Assembly: GCA_964016885.1 (NCBI GenBank)
Contig: OZ024756.1
Span: 12,648,001-12,712,000, forward strand
Length of the DNA stretch: 64,000 nt
Direction of reading: 5' to 3'
Source: Eledone cirrhosa
Taxonomy: Eukaryota
The position numbers and the translations under genes were made by a program. Positions 38,271 to 52,170 of the stretch are shown piece by piece (the first letter of the stretch is position 1; each line of letters starts with the position of its first letter). The notes under the pieces are model-generated. The model saw nothing but the letters and a program-made list of their open reading frames with translations. It had not been told where the DNA came from and made no database searches.

Positions 38271-38321
38271 ACATCATTCCCACATGGGACTGAGTTAATG
38301 GTCTCCCAAAAAATGTATACA

Positions 38322-38649
38322 TCATCATCATTTTACATCCGCTTTTCCCTGCTTGCAAGGGTGGGACGGGAACTGATTCTGGCTTGATTTCTACAGCTGG
38401 ATGCCCTTCCTAACACCAACCTCATTTACAGTGAGTGCTGGGTGCTTTTTTGCCGTGGCACCTACACGACCACTTTGCAGTGGAATGATAGGGACCCCAG
38501 TCCTTATCATCTCATTTCTACAGCTGAGTAAACTGGAGCAATGTGAAATAAAGTGTCTTGCTCAAGGAAACAACACATCACCCGGTCTGAGAATTGAACT
38601 CACAACCTTTAGATTGTAAGCCCAATGCTCTAACACTAAGCCATGTGCT
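38322..38649 (-). mobile_element. SINE family A, full length
   Basis: Reverse complement of 25880-26220. Confidence 0.85.
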
Positions 38650-39296
38650 TCCATTACTATATCTCACATAATATCAAATCTATAAGATTTTGATATTATT
38701 TATTTTGAGAACAATACCTTAACATAAGTATGAGAAGCTGGTTATGGCCGGTTTGAACAGAAAGAGGTGAGAGAATTCTAGCCGGATATGGACGGTTTAA
38801 ACCTGGCAGAGAGAAGTGAGAAAGAAATATAGAAGAAGAATTGGACCAAGATAGGACTCGAATATTATTTGTGTGTATGTATATGGATCCTTGACCCCTG
38901 ATGTAGTGACAGGGGCACCATTGTGATATACATAGGCATTTTAAACCTAGAGGGGCCAGCCCCTCTCCTCTCAAGTTCCGAACACAGCTGATTTTTTTTC
39001 CAGAGAAGGAGAGAGAGAAGTGAGCAAGGGAGAGAGAGAAGTGACAAAGAGATATGGAGCAATATTCGACTCCAGTATTGGACTGGTACTTGGTGTATGG
39101 ACGTGTAACTCATATTGGACTAGTACTGTATGTAAGGATCTGTGACTCATGATGGAGTTGAGATGGGTGCTGCCTAGGGACTTTAAACTGAGTGGAGTTT
39201 ATCCCCTCTCCAGGTTTGAAGATAACTGATTTCTTAGAGAGAGGGGGAGAGAGAGAGAGAGAGAGATGAAGAGGAAGAGTTGACACCAGTATTGGA

Positions 39297-39672
39297 GGCA
39301 CATGGCTTAGTGGTTAGAGCATTGGCCTTGCAATCGAAAGGTTGTGAGTTGAATTCTCAGACCGGGTGATGTGTTGTGTCCTTGAGCAAGACACTTTATT
39401 TCACATTGCTCCAGTTTACTCAGCTGTAGAAATGAGATGATAGGGACTGGGATCCCTATCATTCCACTGCAAAGTGGACGTGGAGGTACCACGGCAAAAA
39501 AGCACACTCACTGTAAAGTGGTCGTGTAGGCGCCACAGAAAAAAAGCACCCAGCAGTCACTGTAAATGAGGTTGGTGTTAGGAAGGGCATCCAGCTGCAG
39601 AAATCAAGCCAGAATCAGTTCCCGTCCCACCCTTGCAAGCAGGGAAAAGCAGACGTAAAATGATGATGATGA
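39297..39672 (+). mobile_element. SINE family A with internal duplication, nested in a family-D long SINE
   Basis: Flanks ccagtattgga / attggactggtact reconstitute the family-D core with an attgga TSD. Confidence 0.85.
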
Positions 39673-39789
39673 TTGGACTGGTACTTTTAACCTTTACACA
39701 TGTAATACTTATGTTTCAGGGAGTGTTCTGAGCAAAAAAAAATTTCAAATTGTCTATGCCCTAGGGACTGCATTAGACGATTTAGCAAT

Positions 39790-40511
39790 CTCTCTCTATA
39801 ATTCTTAGTCTTTCTCTTTTTAGATAGATACATACATATAACGTCGCGCCCTTATAATATCTCTCTGTATGTCTGGCTGTCTGCATTATGGCACTTCCCT
39901 GAGGATGTCTGTCTGTGTGTGTGTGTGTGTCTGTGAGTTTGAATCCCTAAAACTCGAGAAGTACCCAACCGATTTTTTTCAAACTTTACATTGTTTCAGT
40001 AAGTGTTATGCGCATAAAAAAATTCAACTTTTTTTTATCTCCTAGGTGATATCGCATTAGGTGAAAAACTGCGTTGTTTAACATTTTTAGTGGTTTTTTG
40101 AGGCGTTACGTCAGACCGATTTCCTTGAAATTGTAACTATGTATTAGTCAGTCTCTTCTTCATACAGTAAGCAGCAAAGAAAATCCAACTTTCTTATGGC
40201 CTAGGGCCCGCATTAGGTGAAAAACTTCATTTTTTTAGCTTCTTAGGGCTTTTTGGAGGCGTTACGTCTAGCCGCTTTTCCCGAAATTTCAAGGCATAAA
40301 AAAAAATTCATTTTCTTGATCCCCTAGCGCCCGCATTAGGTGAAAACCTGCATTTTTCCTGCTTCATCGAGGAAAATCTTAAAGATTATCCAGCCATCAG
40401 AGTATTCAGTTTATTTTCTTTACATATTGTCCAGGCATGCAGTTTTTAGGTCTATTGGCGGCCCGCGTTCCAAAATACCTTATCCCGTGCAACGCCGAGT
40501 ACCACTGCTAG
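39790..40511 (+). mobile_element. Non-autonomous Helitron (HINE-like)
   Basis: 5' (TGTC)n/(TG)n, internal cctagggcccgcattaggtgaaaa subrepeats, 3' cccgtgcaacgccgag...CTAG|T. Confidence 0.6.
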
Positions 40512-41204
40512 TAAAATAATAAAAAATTTCAGTAAATCCCCTCAAAGTTCTTCATTAATTAATTGAAATAATGGGTTCTTATTTAAATTAAAATCTTCCA
40601 ACATAATTTTACATAAGAACCTTACATTAAGTTACCATCTTCGTAATGAAATAATTAATAATTTTAATAAATCCCTCAAAAATGTTCATTAATTAATTGA
40701 AATAGGGCTACCCCTGGTTTCTGTTGACTTAGGGTTAAAAAAACAACAATAATAATAATAAAAGTTTTGTTTTTCTTGAAGTTCGTATTTGTAATTGGAG
40801 AAAGGTTGTTGACACAATGAATATATACATGTGTGTGTGTGATGCATGAGTGTGTGTGCGTGTCAGCTGTTGCTGCTGTGTGTGTCTATGTGTGTGCTGC
40901 ATATGTATGTGCGTGTGTGTGAGAGTATGCTACGTGTGTGTGTGTTGTGTTATTTACTGCATAAATATATAAAGTCTCCAGGCAGAATACCAAAAACTAC
41001 AAAAGAAATTGGACGGTAGTGGCGTTCATGCCTTTCTGAATGATATAAAATTGAAAGGAGCCTCCTTCCCCTCCCCACCACCCCAAATAGGGGGAGGAGC
41101 GGCTGCCTGTAAAAGGAGTCTGTATCTCGTGGTTTACCATTCCGCATTCTTAAGACTGACTAATTAATATATTACCAAACAATTAAAATATGATAACGAA
41201 GCAA

Positions 41205-41450
41205 ACGGGGATGCCTCTATGTGGCCGCGCCACCTGCTAGAAATAGTAGCTACATATATCTTTCTAATCCCATCCTACCATCCTTATACACACACACACA
41301 CACACAAATGAAATTAAAAGAAGGGGAAGAACACATTAGATGAGGTAGTCGAAGACACCCGTAAAAAGACTGGTGTGGACATGGTTGGAATGTTTTCGAT
41401 CACGTTAGAATGTCTGCTGAATCAAAGATGACCTGGGGCTAAACAACAGC
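41205..41450 (+). mobile_element. SINE 3' fragment of another family
   Basis: cctgctagaaatagtagc...gacctggggctaaacaac tail. Confidence 0.45.
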
Positions 41451-41814
41451 ACAGAGACAAGCAACCTTCTTTAGATAATTGGTGATGTGGTGGTGATAAT
41501 GATGAGTTGCATGGGTTAAACATCTAAACACGTCCAGAAACAGAAACTGGGGTTATTCTACAACGGGGGTGATAATAAAGGCAGACGATGGGGGTATTTA
41601 TTATATTAGTAATTATTTCTGTGGTTATCTTTGGATCTGAAGATTAAAGCCACACATTTTTATATGGGAGAAGGGTCTAGCCGATTGAACTCGGTCCAGG
41701 TACTAAGTTTATCGACCTTAGATTGTCGTTCCGAATATGATTTGAACGTGGTGGTCAAATATTTTATTAAAGCGTAACCGTCATCATAATATTACAAATA
41801 GAAAGAGAAAAAGA

Positions 41815-43739
41815 TAAACACAGAAGCAGGTAATACATACATCAAGGACCACATAAACACACAAGCAGGTAATACATACATCAAGGACCACATACAACAC
41901 ACAAGCAGGTAATACATACATCTAGGACCACATACAACACACAAGCAGGTAATACATACATCTAGGACCACATACAACACACAAGCAGGTAATACATACA
42001 TCTAGGACCACATACAACACACAAGCAGGTAATACATACATCAAGGACCACATACAACACACAAGCAGGTAATACACACATCTAGGACCACATACAACAC
42101 ACAAGCAGGTAATACATACATCTAGGACCACATACAACACACAAGCAGGTAATACATACATCTAGGACCACATACAACACACAAGCAGGTAATACATACA
42201 TCTAGGACCACATACAACACACAAGCAGGTAATACATACATCTAGGACCACATACAACACACAAGCAGGTAATACATACATCTAGGACCACATACAACAC
42301 ACAAGCAGGTAATATATACATCTAGGACCACATACAACACACAAGCAGGTAATACATACATCTAGGACCACATACAACACACAAGCAGGTAATACATACA
42401 TCTAGGACCACATACAACACACAAGCAGGTAATACATACATCTAGGACCACATACAACACACAAGCAGGTAATACATACATCTAGGACCACATACAACAC
42501 ACAAGCAGGTAATACATACATCTAGGACCACATACAACACACAAGCAGGTAATACATACATCTAGGACCACATACAACACACAAGCAGGTAATATATACA
42601 TCTAGGACCACATACAACACACAAGCAGGTAATACATACATCTAGGACCACATACAACACACAAGCAGGTAATACATACATCTAGGACCACATACAACAC
42701 ACAAGCAGGTAATATATACATCTAGGACCACATACAACACACAAGCAGGTAATATATACATCTAGGACCACATACAACACACAAGCAGGTAATACATACA
42801 TCTAGGACCACATACAACACACAAGCAGGTAATACATACATCTAGGACCACATACAACACACAAGCAGGTAATACATACATCTAGGACCACATACAACAC
42901 ACAAGCAGGTAATACATACATCTAGGACCACATACAACACACAAGCAGGTAATACATACATCTAGGACCACATACAACACACAAGCAGGTAATACATACA
43001 TCTAGGACCACATACAACACACAAGCAGGTAATACATACATCTAGGACCACATATAACACACAAGCAGGTAATATATACATCTAGGACCACATACAACAC
43101 ACAAGCAGGTAATACATACATCTAGGACCACATACAACACACAAGCAGGTAATACATACATCTAGGACCACATACAACACACAAGCAGGTAATACATACA
43201 TCTAGGACCACATACAACACACAAGCAGGTAATACATACATCTAGGACCACATACAACACACAAGCAGGTAATACATACATCTAGGACCACATACAACAC
43301 ACAAGCAGGTAATACATACATCTAGGACCACATACAACACACAGGCAGGTAATATATACATCTAGGACCACATACAACACACAAGCAGGTAATACATACA
43401 TCTAGGACCACATACAACACACAAGCAGGTAATATATACATCTAGGACCACATACAACACACAAGCAGGTAATACATACATCTAGGACCACATACAACAC
43501 ACAAGCAGGTAATACATACATCTAGGACCACATACAACACACAAGCAGGTAATATATACATCTAGGACCACATACAACACACAAGCAGGTAATACATACA
43601 TCTAGGACCACATACAACACACAAGCAGCTAATATATACATCTAGGACTACATACAACACACAAGCAGGTAATACATACATCTAGGACCACATACAACAC
43701 ACAAGCAGGTAATACATACATCTAGGACCACATACAACA
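41815..43739. repeat. Tandem array, 40-bp unit, ~48 highly homogeneous copies
   Basis: Unit tctaggaccacatacaacacacaagcaggtaatacataca. Confidence 0.97.
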
Positions 43740-43990
43740 AAAGGGAGGCGAAAGGGGTAGGCAAACGAACCGCTGCCAGAGCAAAAGATAATATCGTGAG
43801 GAGCACTGGGAAACCTTTCTAATAATTTTTGAGGCAAGCCAGCACACACTTGCAACGTTACCTCGGGTGATGGCGAGGCTGAGGCACTGAAATAACCAAG
43901 CGACCTCACGAGTATCATCAGTTACCTCGGTTAGGCGAGCAGCCACGACTAAATATCAAAATACTGGAAGACATCTAGTTTGACGCTCTG
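43740..43990 (-). mobile_element. CRE-like non-LTR retrotransposon C-terminal fragment
   Basis: RLTEVTDDTREVAWLFQCLSLAITRGNVAS resembles the CRE RLE C-terminus. Confidence 0.65.
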
Positions 43991-44494
43991 ACGATTCCAT
44001 AGCTCCGTTGTCTTTTGCTAATAAATCATGATTTTATTTCACATACCTGTAATGTCATCATTACAAGTCAGTGTCAGTAAGAGACTTAAAATATTATTTA
44101 AGTGTGTTTATAATAATGGTTTAGCTATAATATAGGCGTAGGACCAGACCAGCAATTTTTGAGGAAAGGAAGACTGATTTTATATCGACTGGTATATATT
44201 ACTGGTACTTTGTTATCGAACTCGGAAGTTAACCTCGACTAGTATGATACGTTTATAACAATCACAATTATAGTCACGACTTCTCTTTTAATCAAACATA
44301 ATTTATTAAAGAGAAGTAACGTAGTATATAACTGGTACTTAATGTTTGTCCGTATTAGAGAAAAGCCAGGTCACATTTATCTTTTTGTTGGCGGGTTAGT
44401 AAAAAAAAAAGACATCGCTGTAGACATAAACAGAGTTTCAGTAAGAGAAAAAGAGAGTAACGTGAAGAGAGAGAGAATGAAGCAGCTGTCTATA

Positions 44495-44546
44495 GTAACA
44501 CACACATATATAACACACATACATATATACACCCACATATATATAT

Positions 44547-44579
<33 letters not shown>

Positions 44580-44965
44580 CACACACACATATATATATAC
44601 ACACACATATATATATACACACACATATATATACACACATATATATACATACATACATATATATACACACACACACACACACATATATATACATACACAC
44701 ACATATATACACATATATACATACATATATACATACACACATATATATACACACATATTATACACCCACATATACACACACACGCACATATATATACACT
44801 CACATATATATACACACATATATACATACACACATATATACACACATACACACATATATACACATATATATACACACACACATAAATACACATATATATA
44901 CACACACACATAAATATACATACACATATACACACACACAGATACATACACACACATATATATAT

Positions 44966-44998
<33 letters not shown>

Positions 44999-45855
44999 CA
45001 AACATATACATACACAGTTTTGGGTCTTTCTCTCTCTCACACACTCTTGCTCTGTCTATCTCTTTATCTTTCCCTCTCTCACATACACACAAACTCTATA
45101 TTTCACATACTCCTTCTTTCTTACACCACACTATCTCTCTCACTATCTCTATCTCTCCCTTTTCTCTCTCATGCAATCTCTCTATCTACCTTTTCTCCCC
45201 CTCTCTCTCATGCAATCTCTCTATCTACCTTTTCTCCCCCTCTCTCTCATGCAATCTCTCTATCTACCTTTTCTCTCTCATTCTCTCCCTTCTCTCTCAT
45301 GCAATCTCTCTATCTACCTTTTCTCTATCTCTCTCATGCAATCTCTCTATCTACTTTTTCTCTCACTCTCTCTATCTCTCCTTTTTCTCTCTCATGCAAT
45401 CTCTCTATCTACCTTTTCTCTCTCACTACTTTTTCTCTCTATCTACCTTCTCTCTCATGCAATCTCTCTATCGCTGTATCTACTTTCTCACTCTCTCTAT
45501 CTCTCCCTTTTTTCTCATGCAATCTCTCTATCTACCTTCTCTCTCTCATGCAATCTCTCTATCTCCCTTCTCTCTCTCACACTCTCTTTATCTCCCTTCT
45601 CCCTCACACATTCTCACTATCTCTATCTACTTTCTCCCACTCTCTCCCTCATACAATCTCTATCTCTCTATCTACTTTCTCTCTCACACACACACTCTCT
45701 CTCTCTCATGTAATCGCTGTATCTACTTTCTCTTACTCTCTCTCTCTATCTCAGTAACTCCCTTCTCCCTCTCACACTTCTCCCTATCTCTATCTACTTT
45801 CTCTCTCACACACACTCAACTGTCTCTTTATCTCCCTCCTCTCTCTTCCTCTCTA
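44495..45855. repeat. (CA/TA)n tract followed by CT-rich minisatellite
   Basis: tctctcatgcaatctctctatctacc units at 45165-45560. Confidence 0.9.
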
Positions 45856-46012
45856 TAGCATTTTTTTTTTATATGGAAATAAAGAAACCGAAAATACATA
45901 ACTTACGAAGAGTCAAGAATATACCAAGACAAATCAAATTTAAAAAGAAAAACAAATAAGAAAGGACAACAACAACAACAACAACAAAAATAAAATGTCT
46001 CCCTTTTACGGA

Positions 46013-46140
46013 ACTTACCTGAAACAAACGGTTGTCGAGGCAGGGTTTATGCATGACGCGAGTAGTAAAATAATAAAATAGTGAAGGAGTCACAGAATCA
46101 GTTGACAGTCGCCATAACACACATGACGTCATTTGCACGT
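46013..46140 (-). promoter_or_regulatory. Candidate promoter and non-coding first exon
   Basis: Palindromic CRE aTGACGTCAt 46123-46132; YY1-like ATGGCG; CpG-rich unique DNA; consensus donor CAG|GTAAGT at 46019/46018. Confidence 0.5.
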
Positions 46141-46364
46141 CGTTGGCTTTTCACTTCTCTTACGTTAGAGAGTTCACTCACTTTGCATAACAACGTTGAC
46201 AAATTGCCAATGTTTGGCCTCGATACTGCCATCACGGTTGACCTAAACATTTCCAACTAACTGTGGTTCGAATCGTTTAGGTCAACCGTCATCGATTTTC
46301 TAGAAATAACAGCTAAATTAATCTCTAGTCCACTTTCTTTACGTTCTCACTCCAATTGCATAAT

Positions 46365-46700
46365 AACGGTTTCGGATTTAGGCACAAGGCCACCAATTTT
46401 GGGTGAGGGGAAAGTCGATTAAATCGACGCAGTGCATTACTAGCACTTTATTTTAATGAATGACAAAGCTAACGTCGGTGGGATTTGAACTCAGAACATA
46501 AAGGGCCATAACTCTATGCCGCTAAGCATGTCCGACGCTCTACCGATTCTACCAACCCACTGCCCATTTGCATAATTACGATTTCTGATTTAGGCACAGG
46601 GCCAACAATTTTGGGGGAGGGGAAAGTCTATTAAATTGACCCGTGTGTGGCTGGTACTTTACTTTATTGCACCTGTAAGGGTGTAAGGCAAAGCTAACTT
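46365..46700 (-). mobile_element. Two family-D SINEs
   Basis: gatttaggcacaaggcc...ggatttgaactcagaac. Confidence 0.7.
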
Positions 46701-47039
46701 TGGCCTCATTATTGCGACCACAATTCCTCACCCACTTATTTCTGAGGGGTCGCGAGTCCTCAAATGTGCCATCAAGAGGATTGTATCAGAAGCAACTATC
46801 ACCAAATGATCAGGCTGGATCCCTAACCGAGTTCATGGGTGTTATCAAACCATCTTGTTTGTTGTCTACTTCTGGGTCTCCTGCCCGTAATAAAATCTAT
46901 TCTAAACATTTCCTTCTAATGATGATTCAAAATATTTCAGTCACCCATCATTGGTCTCCTGTAAATAACAGCTAAATTCACCACATATTCGGTTTAGCGT
47001 TGACATCTTTACCTCCTTTATCTTTTATTTTATTTCAAA

Positions 47040-48594
47040 TTAGTTGAGTTACCCGGTGATTCCCGGGTATTTTATTAAATATGATTGATGAATTTTAACT
47101 AAAGTAGGAATTATAGCAGAATATTTATTGCCATTTGTTTAAAGCAAATCATGTAGATAAAAATATTAGTTTTGTCCAGTGGTGATTTTTTAATATTGCT
47201 CCCTATAACTGTCAGCATATATAATACTTCGTACTTGGAAGAATCATTAGGTATGTTGTCAGTGAAAAGGGCATGACCAAAAAATAAATTTAGATTTTAT
47301 TTATCCTTTTTTTTGTCACAATCAGAACCTCTGAAATTCAAACAAAATGTGAAGGCTATTTTAAAAAGCATAAATAAAATAAAATGAAAAAATTAATTTA
47401 CCATTGATTTATGAATGAATGAAGAATTTACTTACTCATTTCTGTAATTCAGGAAAGTTTATTTAAATGTGTATAAGTGTGGTAAATATATACATATACA
47501 CCAGGAACCAAACTCCCACTGTCACTGCCTCCATCTCTCCCGATCTCCCCATCACTCACTATTATGAGCAAATGGGGGCCCACGCGCTGGCCGCCCAGCA
47601 GCCCAGGCGGTCAGAATAGAGAATGGTGAAGTAGACATGCTGGAAAATCCATTCTAGCTTGCGAGGCTCACCCCTGCAGGTAGCCAACTCTGTGCCAATA
47701 GTGGTGAATTGGGAAGTAGCCCTAGAGCCAAGGACACCAGACGTCTCCATTGCTATGGGCTCAATAACAAACCTGTTGGAGAGCGACCGATATTTGAAGA
47801 GTTTACGCTCCTTGGCCCAAAGTGCAGCAGAGCCTGGGTTAATTAAAATTTTTACACTGTAGCTTTCACCAACTTTTACCTCCATGGCAGTAGGATCTTT
47901 TTTGAGGGAGATTTGTTTTCTATTTCTTTTAGGGAGACCAACAGTTATAGTGGCTTCCATGACATACATACACACGTGCATGTGTGTGTGTTTGTGTGTG
48001 TAAGACTATGATTTGATATGGATTTTACTAATATTTCTAGTAGATTGAGGTGTCACATACAACCTTTCCTTTTTGCTTCATATATACATACATAAACTAG
48101 TAGACTGGGATATATATGTCTCTAACTTAAGTACGGTGATAAACACACACTTGTCTAATTTAAGAATGCCGAGACATGCACACAGGCTCATTATGACTTT
48201 TGTCAAAGAGAGAGAGAAAGAGAAGTAACGTTAAGAAAGGAGTTAGTTAAGAAATGTTTAAAAAATAAATAAAAGTTAGTTATCAAACTATGTTATCATT
48301 TTTCTCTCACTTCCCTAATCCCCCTCTTTCTCTTTTCTCTCCTTTCTCTACAGAATGATTAACAAAAAAACGAATAAGTTGTTGCCTCGTTTTGGAGGAT
48401 TGAGTTGTGGAAGGAGGAAGGGGAGTAATGGGAGGGAGAGTTTAATGCCCCCAGGGGTTTTTATTGAAATCCAATTAACCAGTCCTGTTCCTGAATATTA
48501 GCTTAACGTGTGTGTAAAGTTTCATCAAGATTGGATCACTGGTTTAGGTGCCAACTGGTTACACACAGACAGAAATTGCCATTTATATAGTAGA
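47040..48594 (-). mobile_element. Probable non-autonomous Helitron carrying a CRE-like fragment (47560-47880)
   Basis: Minus 5' end A|TCtactatataaatggc; 3' hairpin tacccgggaatcaccgggta then CTAA; inner KLFKY..L...F..EPIAMETSGVLG. Confidence 0.55.
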
Positions 48595-48637
48595 TATTTT
48601 TATTATGTCTTTTATTTTAAAAGCTGATTTTTTATGG

Positions 48638-48968
48638 GTCATTTTTCACAATTACACCTGTCTCTCTTTGGAGGTGAAATTTAAATTTTTCCTGCGTTTT
48701 TTAATTTTATTTTTTTAGCATTTTTAATGAACCTGACCTTCAAAACCGTCAGGAATTACTCATTTCTTGTAGTTCCCCACCCAAAAACTCTTAGTTCCTA
48801 CCAGGGTGCCCCCAGACTGACAGCTGGAAGGTGGGTTAATTGAAAAAAAACAATGATTTCCCACAGGTTTGAAGGTCAGATTTCATTGAAAACATATCAA
48901 AATCAACAGGAAAAAACATAAATTTCACCTCAAAAGGAAAACAGACAGGTGTAATAGTAAAAAATTAC
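48638..48968. mobile_element. Fold-back MITE with long imperfect TIRs
   Basis: attacacctgtct...gaggtgaaattta...ctgaccttcaaa mirrored as tttgaaggtcag...taaatttcacctc...agacaggtgtaat. Confidence 0.65.
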
Positions 48969-49269
48969 TTTTTTATAAGAGAGTGTTCAGGTTTGCTTGA
49001 ATCATTGTGGAATATGAAAAATAGTCAGTTTGGAAGCCTCTACAATGCAGTGGCATTAGGAAAAGAAAAACAAACATAAATTAACGTAAAAGGCGTAGGG
49101 AGAAAAGAGGAAAAAGAAAAACATTCTTACCTTTTTATGTTTTAAATATCAGAAATTCAAAAGCTATCTGTTAATATTTGCTGTGCTCTTCCAGATCTCG
49201 CTGGCATAGATTTCTGTAGGGCAGGGATCTCAAACTACTTTTCTATGACCTGTAGCAGAACAATTAAAA

Positions 49270-49605
49270 CTTAATTTGTTCCTCCCTCTTCCATACTTTT
49301 GTAGCAGCAGTAGTATGAAGTTTGTACCATATTTTCCCCAAAACTTTATTTGTCCCTTTCCATACTTTTGTAGCAGTAGTAGTATTAAGTTTGTACCATA
49401 TTTTCCACAAAACTTTATAATTTGTCCCTCATCCCCTTCCATACTTTTGCAGCAGTAATAGTAGTAGTAGTATTAAGTTTGTACCATATTTTCGCAAAAA
49501 CTTTATAATTTGTTCTTCGTCCTCTTCCATATTTTTGCAGCAACAGTTTGTACCATATTTTCCCAAACTTTATAATTTGTCCCTTGTCCTCTTCCATACT
49601 TTTAC
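49270..49605. repeat. Degenerate ~65-80-bp tandem repeat, ~5 copies
   Basis: cttccatacttttg...agtttgtaccatattttcc...aaacttta. Confidence 0.8.
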
Positions 49606-49734
49606 AGTAAGATCAGCTACCGTCTGACCATGTTTCTCTTCAGCGAATTTATCAAAGGTAAAAATGGAATTAAAGGAAATTTTAAATGAAAAATTTGCAC
49701 CCCACACCCCTGACATTTTGTACTAATTTACATA

Positions 49735-50225
49735 TACTATGTATAAGAGGAATAAACTCTAGTGTGCAGGAGAGAAGACTGTGTTGGTATGGCCAGGTGA
49801 TGCACATGGAAGATGACCACTGGGTAAAGAAGTGCCAAGGAATCCTGGTAGAAGGAAGACGCAGTAGAGGACGACCATGAAAAACATGGTCGGAGGTGGT
49901 AAGAGCTGACCTCAGATTGCTGAAGCTCACAGAGGAGATGACAAAGGACCGTGATCAATGGAGAGATGCTGAAGAGAACCTGTCCCACCCTTGCAAGCAA
50001 TGCAAAACAGACATAAAATGATGATACCTAGTATGATATAGGCAAAACCAACTAGCAGGAGACCCCAAGCCAGATGGTCGGGTAACATCCATGAGCTTGG
50101 TTGGTCCTGCTTGGAGGGATCTAGCCAGATCAGTTGGAGACTGTTACTTCTGACAAGACCTGCTAGAAGGAGTGTTTGAGGACTCTTCCCCCACGACCCT
50201 CTCAGGAATAAATGGGAGGAGAAGG
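49735..50225 (+). mobile_element. Two RTE 3'-end fragments in tandem
   Basis: VQERRLCWYGQVMHM...VEGRRSRGRP plus tail cccttgcaagc; second piece matches 34258-34450. Confidence 0.75.
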
Positions 50226-50616
50226 CATCAATCCTTAAAGGTCAAGCTATGAACTTTTCAGCCGACCCTTGTATGAATATACAACAAAAACAGATATTAA
50301 AATAAAAAAAACACATTTTTTTTTTGTTAAAAAAAGTTTATTTAAATTAACCTTTAAAAAAAATCTTTTGAAGCACACACACGCTCACACACAGACACAT
50401 ATATATATACATACACACTTGTCCCTTGCTGGATTTGGGAGAGCCAGGGTATCATAAATAAACATTTATTCAAAAATGATTGGATTCTCCTGAAAGACTT
50501 TTGGCCTCACCTTACAAAGACAAATCCAGAAGTAAAAACAGTCACTAATTTCCATTAACACTTTTAAATTATATAATAAAATAAAATAAAAAAAACAAAT
50601 GCACAAACAAACATAA

Positions 50617-50825
50617 ATGTTTCTACTTTAGGTACAAGGCCAGCGATTTGAAGGGAAAGCTGTCGATTAAATCGACCATCAGTACATTACTGGCACTTTA
50701 TTTTATCCCCACCCTGTAAGGATGAAAGGCAGAGCTAGCCTTGGCAGGATTTGAACTCAGAATGTAGAGATCCGTAACTATATGTCACAAAGCATGTTGT
50801 CCAACGCTCTACCAATCCCGCACCC
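50617..50825 (-). mobile_element. SINE family D
   Basis: aaggatgaaaggc...ggatttgaactcagaat. Confidence 0.7.
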
Positions 50826-51195
50826 TCAAACATATAAACATACACTACATTAACATCTGTGAAGGGTGGCAAGATCTTATACAAACAATTCCTTTAGAAT
50901 TACAACTGTCATGTAGTTTATATCAATCCCATAGCAACTGTACCCCAGTCACCCCAGATATCAGACGGCATCCTTATTCAAATGCATTCATTAGTTTCTC
51001 TTGTTCCTCATGGCATACTGGGCAATGAAAGATCTCCATTCTACCATTCTGCTCCTTGTTCCCAGGCCATGTGCCTGTTCCTGTTCCCAAGCCAGGTCCC
51101 TTCTCCCTGTTCCCAGGCCAGGTGTCTGCTCACACCCTTTCTCTAGGGATTTTAATTAATGGAGGTAAGATTGCTAGCTCTCCCCCCATTTCCCA

Positions 51196-51252
<57 letters not shown>

Positions 51253-52170
51253 ATATATATATATATACACACATATATATATAAAATTATAAGTTTGAAG
51301 AACAGGCAGATAAAATTTACCTAATTTTTCTGCTTAGTCGTGTGCGTTTTATAGCCCATGGTGGTGTGAATAGACCAAATGACCATGTCTTTCCTCTATA
51401 CCATGCGTGTTTTCTTAGTTATCTGATATATCTTTATAGAAGTGTTGATCATATTGCTAGGAATCCACTCATAAGCTACATCTACAATATGGATTCTTCA
51501 CTTATTATAGCGAAACATACTCTTATTTAAGCATGTCCGGGTGTTATTGTTATAATCGAATGGTTAGTATACTTTAATATATTATTTTTATTGATTTGTA
51601 TTCACCATTCCTTCCATAGGTAATATGTTCGTCACTCTGGTGGTTTTTGATCCCCTATCATTGAACACATACCTCTGTGTGTACATCTCTCTATATGTTG
51701 ATTTATAAAGAACCCGGAATCTATCTATCTATATATATATAAATCAGCATATAGAGAGAAATACACAGAGAGATATGTGTACTTTTCCTCTATAAGCTGA
51801 TTTATAAAGAGCCCAGAATCTATTCCTAGAGCTCAGTAAATTATAGGAGATTAATGTGAGCCTTTAACTCCATTTTTTAATTTGATATATATATGTATGT
51901 ATATGTGTGTAATGTGTATGTATGGTCGGAAGCTTTATCCTGAGCCTGCTCATCATTTCTGTAGCAATTTCATTAATGGAGATAAGATTGTTAACCTTGT
52001 GCTCCATTCCTTCTTCCACCTTAACCCAGGCCCAAACCTAACCTAGTGTTTTGAAGTGATGGGCAGGGTGTTTGGTAACTCTGGATAACATAATTAACTA
52101 AATGAAATTAATGATCCTGACTACTTATTTTGGTATAATTATCTGCCAAAAATTAGATGACCCTCTATGC

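Noticed and set aside
49125-49220. Apparent exon with AG|GTAAG donor
   Set aside because: Translates as IYASEIWKSTA followed by a stop, more like a decayed RTE fragment
51340-51600. Possible RLE-type retrotransposon remnant (IHIVDVA)
   Set aside because: Too degenerate to call without a search
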